Position numbers and translations under genes: made by a program
Part shown: piece by piece, positions 24,253 to 38,522 of the stretch
Layout of the letters: every line of letters begins with the position of its first letter
How positions within the stretch are numbered: position 1 is the first letter of the stretch
The notes under the pieces: generated by a model
Seen by the model: only the letters and a program-made list of their open reading frames with translations
The model's database searches: none
Told to the model about the DNA's origin: nothing
Source of the DNA: the human T2T-CHM13v2.0 reference genome, Homo sapiens
DNA length: 64,000 bases
Strand: one strand, 5' to 3'
Assembly (NCBI RefSeq): GCF_009914755.1
Contig: NC_060927.1

Positions 24253-24714
24253 GTTTGTTTTTTTGCTACCATGACTAACCCCACTCAAAATGCATGGTTT
24301 CTAGTATTGACCCTAGACCTCACTCCCATGACTATGAGCCACCTTCTTTGCTTCATATTGATTCTCGCTCCAGTTTTTCCAACAATGACCTAGTTCCATA
24401 CTAACTCCCTAACTGGCTTCCTGCCTGATTCCACTCTTGGATCTCTTAATCATCTTCTAATAAAGGCCTCAAAGTTTGTGTTTTGCTACCATGGTTTGTG
24501 TTTTGCTACCACAACTAACCCCACTTGAAATGCATGGTTTCTAGTATTGACCCTAGATCTCACTCCTGTGACTATGAGCCATCTTCTTTGCTTCATATTG
24601 ATTCTCACTCCAGTTTTTGCAACAATGACCTAGTTCCACAGTAACTCCCTAAGTGGCTTCCTGCCTGATTTCACTCTTGGATGCTCTTAACCATCTCCTA
24701 CTAAAGGCCTCAAG
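24253..24714 (+). repeat. ~221-bp tandem duplication with 20-bp junction repeat
   Basis: Unit 1 24253-24473, extra gtttgtgttttgctaccatg 24474-24493, unit 2 24494-24714. Confidence 0.95.
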
Positions 24715-24938
24715 GTTTACTTCAGAACTTGTTTTATCCCTTAAAATCTGTAAAAACTTGCAGCCATAAGATTTATGATCATTTGTTAATTCTTAGATCA
24801 TGTGAAAGATTTGTCTTCCACTTTCTAAAAGACAGAAAGTGAGGCAAATAAAATAACAATACAGAGCTATATAATCTAAGAGGAGAGTGAATCACACCAA
24901 AACTCTATGGGTTTTTGCTACAAATAAGTATCTAAAAC

Positions 24939-25388
24939 TATGAAGGATCTGAGATTTAGCCTACTTGCAAGTTAACAATTTGCCTGCCACATTTTTGTGA
25001 GTGCTGAAAGAATTCATGACACTCTTAGGTCAGAGAAAAAAGGACTTCATAACTCACAGCAATTGCATTAGCCAAAGCATCTGTATTTTCTCACACTGAT
25101 TCCCTGAGCCCCAGATGCAATAGGGCAGTATGAAGAGGGTCAGGTGATATCTGCACAGATATATGAAGAGTTTCTCTCCTGTACTGCATAAGGAGATAAG
25201 GAACCCAAATCTTTGTAGCAGGCAATAGGCATGCCTGTACTTTGCTCTGGAAGGAGACACTATTTCTATCTTCCAAGGCTATTTGCTATAAAACAAATCC
25301 TTGAAAAGATAATCCAGAACAAAAAGTAGTTACTGTCTCACTTGATGACATGCAGAAACATGAGAGAGCCATGGAATTGTCCCCCACA
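24939..25388 (-). mobile_element. ERVL solo LTR (LTR40-like)
   Basis: Minus strand begins tgtgggggacaattccatggctctctc; far end ctgagatttagcctacttgcaagttaac resembles recalled LTR40. Confidence 0.7.
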
Positions 25389-26202
25389 AATGAGAAATTC
25401 CTTTTATTTTGTTTCTCAGAACTTCCTGGCTATGAAGACCAAAAATCTATAGCTTTTCTTTGGGACATAAAAATTAATTGAGATAAACTTTTTTTCCAGC
25501 TCTAAACTATAAGATAAAATAGGCATTTGGAATCACACCTAGAACACAAATCAAACAATATAATAGTAATGTGTTCAGAGTTTTATACATACAGAGACAT
25601 TATTTTCATATAGCCCTTTCTTCTATAGATGTGGAAGAAATCAAAGAAAAAATTAAATCAAATATCTTTAAAGATATTATTGTGAAAAAATTCTATGTAT
25701 CTTAACAGTAATAAAGTTTAAAATGTGTGATTTTCAATATATTAATATTTCCAGGGTATATACACTAGCCAAAGTATAGTCTAATGCAAACCATGAACTA
25801 CAGTAGAGCATAGTCAACTGTGTGCTTATTTTTTTGTATATTTATAGAATTCAGATGCCTGGATTTGTTTCTTATTTTGATAAACAAGCACCTTATTCAA
25901 CATATTAAAAAATAAACATTACTTGATCACCTATTCTGTTCTAGTACTTCTCTATTTACCGCCTGTACAGAGAAGTAACACACAGTCCTCAACTTCAAGA
26001 AGGAATCCTAAGCATCTCAAATAGCCAGTGTTTATCTTCTACCTGTTTTCTTCCCTGCCATAAATCCATGCGGATGGCTTAACTCTATAGAAAGGAAGAG
26101 AAGCTCAGCTTATTCATATGCAAGCAGTTGGTAAGAAAAGGAAGTTTCTTCACTTTGATTGCATTTCATCAGTGTCATTTCATAAGTTTCCTTATTTTAG
26201 AG

Positions 26203-26423
26203 CTGAACTGCCCAATATGGTAGTGAACAGACAAACCTGGCTATTTAAATTTTAATTTAAATTAACTAAAATTAAATAAAATTTAAAATCAGTTCCTCAG
26301 TCCCAGTAATCACGTTTCACATGCTCGATGGCCACGTGTAGCTAGTGGCTAGTCTGCTGGATAATGCAGGCATAGGACGTTTCCATTATCCATTATTGCA
26401 GTATGGCATATTACACAGAACTG
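26203..26423 (-). mobile_element. MER3-like hAT DNA transposon fossil
   Basis: ccaatatggtag...tggctatttaaattttaatt...cagttcctcagtc...ggccacgtgtagctagtggcta. Confidence 0.8.
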
Positions 26424-27247
26424 TTTTAGAGTATGGCTTTGCTTGTTAAGGTGTTATCTTTGGTTATAATCTGGATATGTCCCAGAGCTGGTACTCAGTA
26501 TGTCAGTCTGAAGCCCATATACAGATATACATATATAGAAACACATAAAAATAGAGATATATAAATACATAGATACAGATATAAATATGGATATTTATTC
26601 TACACAGGTACCCTACTTTTTACATTCATTCTCAAGGATGAAAGGGATCAGTCAGTCAGAATAGCAGAATAAACCTGGTGAACTTTATATCTGAGTAGGT
26701 CACAGTTTCAGTAATTCTTTGTGGCTTTTCCCCTTTGATTGAAATATTCCTGGCTGCTATATTCTCTATGGTGATTCTGTTGAAACATATAAATCTGTAA
26801 TTACTGCATTAGCTAACAGAAGAATTATACAAGGTATGTGCTTTGTAAATGTCATTTGATATTTGCATGTGGCATTTAAATTCCTGCTAGTGTTAATGCA
26901 CCACAGAGGTCTTTGTATTGTTGTTCAGTTGTTTCTTTTGTTAATTTTGATTCTATTTGCAGCAGGGGTTTTAGAAGTTAGTAGAAAAGTTAGACTTGTA
27001 TTTTTTAATGCCATTGGCAGTCAGTAAGCTTACCAGAGAAATAAGGATCCAAGAACTATGTAAGGAGATTTTAATCTTCAATCTATTGTTTCCTTGAATT
27101 AATTACTGGAGAAAATAGAACAGGTTCCCAATATCTGATCTTTAGAGTTCAAGGAGGGGGAAAAATAAGACAAGTACAGACAGATATGGTGAATTGCATC
27201 ATAAACTGACTAAATGTCATAATAAACACATGTTCCTATGCAACTTC

Positions 27248-27659
<412 letters not shown>

Positions 27660-29449
27660 TAGGGCACATGTAATTTCACTTACATATACAATTTTTCCCA
27701 CATTTGTATATTATCTGTTTTGGCATTTGGTACCATTTCTTGCTTGTATCTTCAGTGGTCCTGTGTTCCTGAATTTTCATCCTTGTAACAGGTGTTTATT
27801 TCTATGAATGTAAAAGTTTGTCTACCTTGCAAATCTTATTTGACTTTAAATATTTTTTGAATTATGTGGATGCTTTGGGTTTGTTTGATTGCTCTTGTCA
27901 TATAAGCAGGATCTTGCAAATAGTGATCCTTCAGCCAACTTTGGCACTTCTCTTAGCAGAACCCTCACTGGGGCTCTTAGTCAAACACTCAGTATTTCCC
28001 TCACATTCTCTATAATTAATAATCCATGTAATATGACAGAATGCACTATAATTTTATAACTTTCCTAGACTTCCTTTGAAGTTTATAATAGTTTTTAAAT
28101 TGTAGTTTAAAACAAAATTAAAGGACATAGATAAGCATAAAGTTCTTTACTTCCTTATAATATTTGTAGTTTTTCCACCCCAGACTCCTACAAAACTAAG
28201 CACTGCTAACAGTGTGGTTAGATCTTTCTTTCTATGTATACATGTGTATGTACATATATTTTTCCCAAAAATCTAGGATCATATATATTATTTATAATCT
28301 GATTTTTTTGCTTCATATATCATGCATATCTTTCCTAATCTATAACATCTTAAGAAATTATATACTGTTCTAGATCATTATTTATAATAGTTGTATAAAA
28401 GTTCAGTGCTTACAAATAATAAAATAATTTATTTTATTAAACTATCCCTATTATTGGATATTTTGGTTATCTCTGACATAGTGGCTTTATCATCAATAAC
28501 CTTTTGATTTGCTCATTCCAGTACATAATTAATTTTTATGTTAGTACATAAATTTTTGAAAATTATTAGAAATAGCCAGATTTTAATATTTTCTATTCTT
28601 ACATAAAAATTTACCTTAATTTTGCTCATCCACACAATGTACCACAATATTTGACCTAAGCCTTGTGGAATCATTCATTTTCCTAGTATTTCATTCTTTA
28701 ATTTTTTACCTACTTGCTAATGCCTCTTTTCTACACTCCTTCTTGCTCTTATCCTTTGTCTTCCTAAAAATCTACTCCTAGGCATTTCTTTAACAGGGAG
28801 GTAAAATTAGCTAGCAACAACTTAATGTTTTCCTTTCCAAGGTTATTGCGTTTTAACAGGGTTCAAAATCTTATACTAACCAGCTGAAACTGTAATGGAG
28901 GAATTGTAAACATCCACCAGGAGTTTAAAAAGACCCCTATAAACAAACCATACAATGGCTTATTGCTTATTCTTCATATTTTAAGATTTTTAGGGTACAG
29001 ATTATCAGCTCTCTACTTCTCAGTTAAGTTGCAAATATGCTGGATATGCTTCAGGTCCTTTATATGAGTCAAGGTGGAAAACTAGAGAGTGAGTAACTTT
29101 AGGTAGAGATTACCTGGTGTTTTAATACTGAGATGCCAAGCATAAAACAGACACATAATAAATACATGTGGTTTAATTGATCAACTACCAGAAACTCAGG
29201 CTGTGTCAATCTGTAGACTGCTGACTTAACTTGCTTTTGTGGCCAGTCCCTGCAATTCTGTTACAGATAATACGCAGGGGAGGATGCTCTTAAGCAAGGT
29301 TCCTGATTCCTTCATATATGAAAGAAATAATGATCCCACAAAATCAGGAAAATTGGTACTGAGTCAAAAAGGCAGATAATGACAGGTGGTGGTAGACAGA
29401 AAAACTCCACCCCCATCATGCAAAAAATATGAGCAAGACATTGCTCTGC

Positions 29450-29830
29450 CAAGTTCACTAAGGGAGATAATTAAGTGAGTCACTATTGTAAACACAATAA
29501 TAGAATAGTGTACATGGTAAAGTGGAACCAGAGGAATGAGCCATAAACTCTGTTTAAAGAGGTCAGGGAAATCTTCACCTAAGAGTCACTACTTGAGCAG
29601 GGTCTTGAAGGATGACTAGGAGTTCATTAGATATATGAAAAGAGAGAAGGAATACAATGTGAAAAGGAGTGGAAAATGTATTAGGTTCAATAACCTCCTA
29701 CTATTACGATCCTGGAGTGCAAAGTGTCGGGTTGCCAAGCAGCAGAGGGTAAGATTGGAGAGCTGGACCTGAAGCTATCACAGAGGATTTGTGTGCTATA
29801 TGAAGGAGCTAGGATTCTATTCTGTAGGCC
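29450..29830 (-). mobile_element. L2 fragment
   Basis: gaggtcagggaaatcttc...cttgagcagggtcttgaaggatgactaggagtt. Confidence 0.55.
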
Positions 29831-29879
29831 AGTGTTTCACAATGTTAGCTGCACACTAGTACCACCTGGAGAGATTTTT

Positions 29880-29943
29880 TATTTTATTGTTTTATTTTTT
29901 ATTTTTAAATTTTGTGGGTACATAGTAGGTGTCTATATTTATA
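29880..29943 (-). mobile_element. Extreme 3' tip of an L1MA-type element
   Basis: ttttgtgggtacatagtaggtgtctatatttat; reverse complement of the L1 end at 42481-42514. Confidence 0.7.
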
Positions 29944-30422
29944 CATTCACCTAAGAATAGAGTTGCGCTTGAGTCCCAACCTAACAACATATCAGCTCTG
30001 TGGCCTTGGGTGAATTACTTCTCTTTGAGCCTCAGTTCCCACTTTGGAAATGAAGGTGTTATGGATGCCAAGTGATATCATTAGTGACACTGTGTTTTGT
30101 AAAATATTATGTGGCTATGTAGTTATTATTCTTCTTATCATTAATGACTCACAAGTATATAATGTATATGTTTTCTGTGCATGCATATGGTATAGAAGAA
30201 AATATCAGACTATGATCAAATAATCTGTCTTCAAGTCCCTTAGGCACTTTACATTACTCCTTATATTTCAACATTCATTAAGTGAAAGTTGGACAAGTGT
30301 GTGGTTTTGAAACACTGCTTAATGAAGCCTTAGCATTTTTCAATGAGATAGCTCAGGAGCTTTCAAGGCATGAAGGAGTGGGCTATGGGGAGATTACAAC
30401 TGTTCTACTTTTACCTTCCTAC

Positions 30423-30775
30423 TGTCTTAGTTTGAGCTGCTATGATAAAGTACCATGGTCCTGGTGGCTTATTAACAACCAAAGTTTATTTCTCACAGTT
30501 CTGGAGTCTGGAAGTCCAAGATCGGTGTGCCAATATGGTTGGTTCTGGGGAGGGCCCCCTTCCAGACTGCAGACTGCTGACTTCTTATCGTATCTTCACA
30601 TGGCAGAAAGAGACTGAGAGCTTTCTGGGGGCCCTTCTATAAAGGCATCAATCTCATTCACTAGGGCTCTACCTTCATGAACTAATTACTTCCCAAAGTC
30701 TCCACCTTCTAATATTATCACTGTGGTTGTGAGGATTGCAGCCTATGAATTTAGCAGAGACACAAACATTGCACT
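30423..30775 (-). mobile_element. MLT1A-like MaLR solo LTR
   Basis: tgtcttagtttgagctgctat...tttctcacagttctggagtctggaagtccaagat...gacacaaacatt. Confidence 0.85.
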
Positions 30776-31499
30776 TATATATTGAAATTTTTTGGTAATA
30801 TTTTTTAAAAGAAAATATTCTGAAGCTAAGAAAATTTAAAGTCTGAAAACTCCTGAGTTAGATGATTTCAAAGGAGACTTTCTTCTGGACCATCCAATGG
30901 TTCTACAGGGTTGTAAATGATCCGGTTTCCCCAAATCCCCACTCTCTCCACAAGGTTATTTGGAGGAATAGTTATGAAAAGTCCCTTAAAGCTGTAAGAT
31001 GATTCTCTACAGCTGCTTCCTGACCATATCCAGATACCAAATGATATTATACCTACATCTGTATCTCTCACAAAATTGAATATTTTTTTCTTGTTGTTTC
31101 ATGTGGAAATATTGCAGTTCAGAGACAGAAAATATTCCTCACAGATGCCAACTGTAGAGGCTGCCTGGACCCTGTGATGACCTGGTTTCTGTGTCTGCAT
31201 TTAGGTTCCCTGGAAAAGAATGCCGTGATCAACTATTAATTTCTGCCATAAGTAGGAGAATACAGGCACATATGCCAGTATTTGTCATTTCCCTTAGAAG
31301 AAAAAATTTGATTTCAGTATGGCCGGTAGAGCTTGACTCCAAAACTCCATCTTCTATTTTCATACATAAGGGTTCTATGTACATAAGTAGAAGAGGGGAA
31401 AGGTAAATATCACAGATGAGCTGCTTCCTATGGTACCAAAGGAATTATGTCCTAGTAAAAAAAGTCCTTCACAAAATAAATATAAGAGAATTTCTACAA

Positions 31500-32529
31500 C
31501 CTACTAAATGACATCACGTTGGTGGTGAAAGATATACTCCTAAGGTCAGCAACAAGGTAAGAATGTCTGGTCTCACCACTTCTATTTAGCAGTGTACTAG
31601 ATATCCTTCCCAGTGTGATAAAGCAAGAAAGGTTTCTGACAAATAACTTCTATTCAGAATATATAAAGAATTCTTACAAGTCAGTAATAAGAATATAAAT
31701 AACACAACAATAAATGGGCAAAAGATTTTAACAGACACTTCATCAAAGATGTATATAGATGGCCAACAAACACACTAAATATGCTCAATATCATTTCTCA
31801 CTAGTAAGACATAAATTAAAACTGTAATGCAAATGTGAAGCAACTGGAACTTTCATAAACTGCTGGTAGAAATATAAAATGGTATAACTACTTTGGATAT
31901 TGGTAGTTTCTTAAAAATTCAACACATATTACCGTACAACTCAACCATTTCACCCACTCCTAGGTATTTACCCAAGGAAAACAAAAGCAACTGTACACTG
32001 AAATACTTTACACCATGCTCATAACCGCTTTATTTTTAATAGCCCCAAGTTGGAAAGAATCCAAATGTCCACTAACACCACCTGTCTACCAGGTAAATGA
32101 ATAAACAAGTTGTGGTGTAGCCACAGAATGAAGTACTTCTTAGCAATAAAAAGGCAAAAATGTTGATACATGTAAAAACAAGGCTATGTCTCAAAATATG
32201 TTTTTTGAAGTGAAAGAAGCCATACGAAATAGAGATACTATGTACTTTTAGTCATAAAAAATTTAGAAAATGCAAATTAAACAATAGTAATAGAAGGCAG
32301 GTAAGTGGTTGCCTTGGAATGACAGGGATTGGGGTGACAGGGAGCAAGGAGAGGAAAGGAAGATTACAAATGTAAATGAAAAACATTTAGGGGTGATAAA
32401 TATGTGAATAATTTTGATTGTGGTAATGTTTTCATGAGTATACACATATGTAAAAACTTATCATAATATAACCTGTAGATATATGCCATTTATTTATGCC
32501 AGTTATACCTCAATAAAGTTGTAACAAAA
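31500..32529 (+). mobile_element. Old L1M (L1ME/MD-like) fragments with internal deletions
   Basis: ctcaccacttctatttagc; aaatgggcaaaagattttaacagacacttc; ends atacctcaataaagttg. Confidence 0.8.
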
Positions 32530-34679
32530 TTATCTGTCATTTAGAGTGACCTTATTAGTCTTCTACTCTTACTTCATTACATAGAAGCTCATGACTCAGT
32601 GTAGAGATTAAGAAAGTCAGTAATATCCCTGGAATTCAATTTTCTCAATTGTAGGAAGCAGTTGCCTTCAACCATGATGAAAGATCCCTTTCATCATCTC
32701 TAATCTATGGTAAATAAGCCACATTCAAGAAAACAGGGTAAGTCCTAAACCCTGACACTTAAATCTTGATAATAAAAAAAAATTCGGAATTTTTTTGAAT
32801 AAAGTGGGGTGGCAGCATAATTTAATATTTAGGTTCTGTGACTTCGCCTCTTGTACCATGAGCTGCTATGGATTCTTTTATTGATTTCTCAGTTTGTGAG
32901 GTGTCTATGGGAGATTATGTCCAAGCCCAGGCCAAATAAGTCCCAGAATGATAAGGAGAATTGGAGAGACCAATGGCCCCTGGGTCACTTGAGATTTTTC
33001 CTTAGATCTTATACAATTAGTGTAAATTTGTAATTTCCATGAGATTAAAACTGCTGTGGGCTGAAAAGCCAGAACGCTTTAAAACTCTGTTGCAGAAATC
33101 CTTCTCAAATATAAATGGACAATGCTTTGGAATGATAAAAATGGAAAGGAATGTGACAACGTTTTACTAATATTAATCTTTATTCCCCAAACAATAATTT
33201 AAAGAACAAGTAAATAAATAATTCTAGTATTAATGGAGTGTTTACTGGGTTCTAGGCACTGAGCTTGAAACTTTGCATATATTATATCATTTAACCCACC
33301 CAAATTGTTATTCACTTTTTCACAGAAAAAAAAAACTGTGGCGTGACAATAGTGAGATACAGGCTCACTGTTACACAACTAGTGAAGAGCGAGGTATTAA
33401 CGATTCTCACTACAGTGTTTCCAGATCATTAACTGAACTTGAGTCATGGGTTCTAGATCTTGCTCCATCCCACTTCTAAGTTACAGACTGACTTTCAGAA
33501 GGTCATTAACCTTCATGTCTCATTTTCTGAATCTTGAAAATGAATACAATTACATTCTTCTAACTGACACAGATGGAGGAGATAGGAAATGTGACATAAT
33601 CAGATAACAAATAAAATATATTTGCATTGATAGTCCATCTTCTATAAAAATTTCAAATGATAATTGTATAGGTTTAGTATTTATCATATATAAGTATACC
33701 CCAAATCTCAGCCAAATTAACAGTTTTAAAAATTAACATAAAAGAACTCAACCCTCTTGTCTTTTCAGCAAGTAAAAAATCTACTCCCTATCAACACCAT
33801 CCTACCTTCTGAGAGATAACTATTAAATTGATGTTTTCACGGACACCAATAGTTCTAATTTTTTGCTATCACTGAACTTTCAGTCTTACTTTTATTTCAT
33901 TTCGAATGACTTCTATTTTTGTTCTGCCTCACACAAACCAGGGGCAAAGACTTTTCCTTGATTTCTCCAAAACAATGTCAATCATTTGCGTAGATGATTC
34001 CTTTGCAATTTTAAGCATTTGAAGAGGACACTTACAGCACAAATTACATAGAAAATGTCTTAAAAGTTAATGTTAGATGATCTCTTTTAAAAAAATTTCT
34101 TCAATAGCCTTGCTACCAGAAAATTATTCACTGATTCCTTCTTTTCAGTCTTCAGCCTTCTGTCATATTATTTGGGCACTTCTTCCTGACTAATCCTTCT
34201 CTCATTTTCTCCTCCTCATTGAAAACCACCAGTTAGTGAAAACTTTCTCTACTTAAACAATTTAGCTGATATTTCTATATATTTCCTTCCAAAGTATTAT
34301 CACTTGTCCTCATCTACATCATAAACATTTCTTTGTTTCTTACCAAAAACATTTGGCCCTCTAAGAGGAAATCAGGTGCCACTCACTAACATACACTCTT
34401 TAAAACCCTCATTTTATATCTGATTTAATAATATTTTGCTAGTTTGGGGTTACTGATTTCGTGACCTTAACACAAAACAAGAATTAGGCATAATTCCCAG
34501 GTCCCTGGGAAGCCAAAGTCAGGTGACTTATTTACCAAAATAAAATTGTATGAAAGTGGCAGTAATCATCAAAATGGTATTAAAAACATTCAAAGAGTTT
34601 TTCTTAACCTTTAAAAAATCCCTCAAAAGCCAAAGTTCGTTTAGTAAAAATCCTTTATTCCATTGTTAAAAGAATGAGC

Positions 34680-35074
34680 TGTAATAAAGGAATTTTCTGT
34701 GGCTATAACAGAATATTTAATACCTGAGACTGGACAATTTACAAAGAGAAGAAATTTACAAAGAAAAGAAATTTATTTCTTATAGTTTTGGGGGCTAGGA
34801 AGTCCATAGGTATGGCACTGGCATCTACCCAGCTTCTGGTGAGCGACTTATGCTGTGTCATTATGTTATTACATAGTGGGAGGCATCACATGGCGAGACA
34901 CAGGCCAAGTGTGCTAGTTCAGATCTCTATTCTCCTTATAAAGCTACCAGTCCCATCATGGGAGCTCCAATTTGATGACTTTAGCTTCTTTACCTCCCAA
35001 AGGCCCCCACCTCTTAATACTGTTACCATGGGGATTAGGTTTCAACATGAATTTTGGAGGATCAAACTATAGCA
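34680..35074 (-). mobile_element. MST-type MaLR solo LTR
   Basis: atacctgagactggacaattta...gggattaggtttcaacatgaattttggagg...aaactatagca. Confidence 0.8.
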
Positions 35075-36789
35075 CTAGATGTAAAACACAGATAGGCTTA
35101 TAATACATCAATGAATTAATTTATCATAGGCTGAATGCTTAGAAAACAACAACCATGACAAAATAAGGCACACAAAAATAAGACAACTCTGATGGCTGCA
35201 CAAAGACAGTGTAGGGCACAAGGACTGCAACTTTTAGGACAGTTCTAGTCCTAAATTTGGCCCAGAACCAGCAGACTGAATGGGGGTGGGGCACATGACC
35301 TATTGAGACACCAGCTGGAGTGGCTAAAGAAGTGCTGGCATCACTACTTCCCTAACCCCAGCCTGTGGCTCCAAAAGAGACCCTTCCACTTGAGGTGAGG
35401 AGAGGGAAGAGGGAGGAGAACTTTGTCTTGCATCTTAGATAGCAGCTTTGTCTTGCATCTTGGATACCAACTCAGCTGCAGCAGGATAGAACACTGGTTA
35501 CAATTACAAGGCTCTCTCTCCAGCCCCTAGCTCCTGGATGATATCTCTAGACATGCCCTGGGCCAGAAGGGAAACCACTGCCTTGAAGGAAATGACCCAG
35601 TCCTGGCAGGAGATATGGACTGCATTTATTTGAGAGAAAGTAAGGTAAGAGAAAATTAGTCTCTGCCTGGCTAATTCAGAGAATTTTCCTGGATTTTTTC
35701 CAGTACCATCAAGGTGGTACCTTTATGAGTCTGCAAGAATCACAGCATTACTGGACTTAGGGAGGCCCCTAAAACAGATACAGCTTAGATCACAACACTC
35801 AAGTCTTTTTGATTATCTGGAAAGCCTTCCTAAGAAGGATAAGTACAAACAAGCCTAGACTGTGAAGACTACAATAAATATGTAACTCTTCAATGCCCAG
35901 ACACAGATGAACTTCTACAAGTATCAAGGCAATGCAGGAAAACATGACCTCACTCAATGAACTAAATAAGACACCAAGGACCAATCCTTGAGAAACAGAG
36001 AAATGTGACCTTTTAGACAGATAATTCAAAACAGCTGTTTTAAGGACACTCAAAGAAATTCAAGATAACATGGAGAAGGAATTCAGAATTCCATCAGATA
36101 AATTTAACAAAGAGACTGAAATAATTACAATGAATCAAGCAGAAATTCTGGAGCTGAAAAATGCAATTGGCATACCGAAGCATGCATCAGAGTCATTCAA
36201 AAGTAGAAGTGATCAAGCAGAAGAAAGAATTAGTGAACCTGAAGACAGGCTATTTGAAGATACACAGCTAGAGGAGACAAAAAAGAATAAAAAACAATGA
36301 AGCATGCCTACAGGATCTAGCAAATAGCCTCAAAAGGGTGGATCTAAGAGTTATTGGCCTTAAAGAGGAGGTAGAGAAACAGGTAGGGGTAGAAAGTTTA
36401 TTTAAAGAGATAATAACAGAGAACCTGCCAAATCTAGGAAAAGATATCATCAAAGTACAAGAAGATTATGGAACCACAAGCAGATTTAACCTAAATAATA
36501 CTACCTCAAGGCATTTAATAATCAAATTCCCAAAAGTAAAGGCTAAAGAAAGGATCCTAAAAGTAGCAAGAGAAAAGAAACAACATATAATGGAGCTCCA
36601 GTACAGCTAGCAACAGATTTTTCTGGGGAACCTTACTGGCTAAAAGAAAGTGGCATAAATGCTAAAGGAAAAAAACTTTTATGCTAGCATAGTATATATA
36701 GCAAAAATATCTTTCAAACATGAAGGAGAAGTAATGACTTTCCCAGACAAAAGCTGAGGCATTTCATTGACACTATACCTGTCCTACAA

Positions 36790-36875
36790 TGTATACATAT
36801 GTAACTAACCTGCACATTGTGCACATGTACCCTAAAACTTAAAGTATAATAATCATAAATAAATTTTAAAAAAAA
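36790..36875 (+). mobile_element. Very short L1PA (PA2/3-like) 3' tip nested in L1M ORF1
   Basis: tgtatacatatgtaactaacctgcacattgtgcacatgtaccctaaaacttaaagtataat plus A-rich tail, splitting host cctacaa|gaaatg. Confidence 0.9.
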
Positions 36876-38160
36876 GAAATGTTAAAAAGGGGAACTTCGA
36901 TCAGAAAGAAAGTGACATTAATGAGCAATAAGAAATAACCTGAAGGTATAAAACTCACTGGTAATGGCAAGTACACAAAACAACACAGACTGATATAATA
37001 CTGTAACTGTGGTATATAAACTACTTTTATCCTGAGTAGAAAGACTAAATGATGAACCAATCTAAAATAATAACTACAATAACTTTTCAAGACATAGCCA
37101 TTACAATAAGCTGTAAATGGAAACAACAAAAAGTTAAAAAGTAGGGGGATAAAGTTAAAGAATAAAATTTGTATAGTTTTCTTTTTGCTTGTTTGTTTAT
37201 GCAAACATAATTAAGTTGTCACAGCTTAAAATAATGGATTATAAGATAATACTTGCAAGACTTGTGGTAAATGCAAACCAGAAAACATACAGCGGACACA
37301 CAAAAAATAGAAAGCAAGAAACTAAATCATATCACCAGAGAAAATCACCTTCATTAAAGGAAGACGGGAAGGAAAGAAAGAAGAAAGATAAGATCACAAA
37401 GCAACCAGAAAATAACACAATGGCAGGAGTAAGTCCTTATTTACTAACAGTAGTAATGTTGAATGTAAATGGCCTAAACTCTCCAATCAAATGATGCAGA
37501 GTGGCTGAATGAATTTAAAAAATCAAGACCCATTCATCTGTTGCCTACAAGAAACACACTTTACCTGTAAAGATACACATAGACTTAAAGGGATGGAAAA
37601 AGGTATTGCACGCCAATGGAAATCAAAAAAGGGCACGAGTCACTATGCTTCTATCAGACAAAATGAATTTCAAGACAAAAACTACAAATAGAGATGAAGG
37701 TTATTATATAATGATAAAGGAGTTAATTCAGCAAGAGGATATAACAGTTTTAAATATATATGTATCCAACACTGGAACACTCAGATACACAAAGCAAATT
37801 TTATTTGAGCTACATAGAGAGATAGACCCCAATACAATAATAGCTGGAGACTCTGACACCTCACTTTCAGAAGTGGACAGGTAATCGTGACAGAAAATCA
37901 TAAAGAAACATCAGACTTACCTGCACTATTGACTGAATGAACCTGATAGATATTTACAGAACATTCCATCCAATGACTGAAGAATTCACATTCTTCTGCT
38001 CAGCACATAGGTCATTCTCAATGATAGACCATATATTAGGTCATTAAACAAGTCTTAAAAATTCAAAAACATTGAAATAATATTAAGCATCTTCTCTGAC
38101 CACAATGGAATAAAACTAGAAATTAATAAGAGGAATTTTGGAAACTATACAAATACGTGA

Positions 38161-38522
38161 TGTATTAGTCCATTTTCACACTGCTGTAAAGACATAACCA
38201 AGACAGGGCAATTTATAAAGAAAAGAGGATTAATTGACTCACAGTTCTGCATGGCTGGGGAGGCCTTAGGAAACTTACAATCATAGCAGAAGGGGAAGAG
38301 GCACATCCTACACGGCGTCAGGCGACAGAGTGAGTGCGTGAAGGAGGAACTGTCAGACACTTACAAAACCATCAGATCTCATGAGAACTTACTATCACAA
38401 GCACAGCAGGGGGAAAACTGCCCCCCATGAACTAATCACCTTCCAGCAGGTCTCTCCTTCAACATCTGGGGATTACAATTCAAGATGAGATTTGGGTAGG
38501 GACACAAAGCCTAACTATATCA
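38161..38522 (-). mobile_element. THE1D/MSTA-like solo LTR nested in L1M ORF2
   Basis: tgtattagtccattttcacactgctg...ctaactatatca; 5-bp flanks cgtga/cgtgg. Confidence 0.92.

Noticed and set aside
24253-24714. Repeats as a CRISPR-like array
   Set aside because: Only two long units with no repeat-spacer periodicity; mammalian context and no cas genes
32674-32697. 10-bp hairpin atgatgaaag-atcc-ctttcatcat
   Set aside because: About chance expectation for AT-rich 64 kb, with no supporting context
32774-32796. Inverted repeat aaaaaaaattc-g-gaattttttt
   Set aside because: Low-complexity A/T runs, expected by chance
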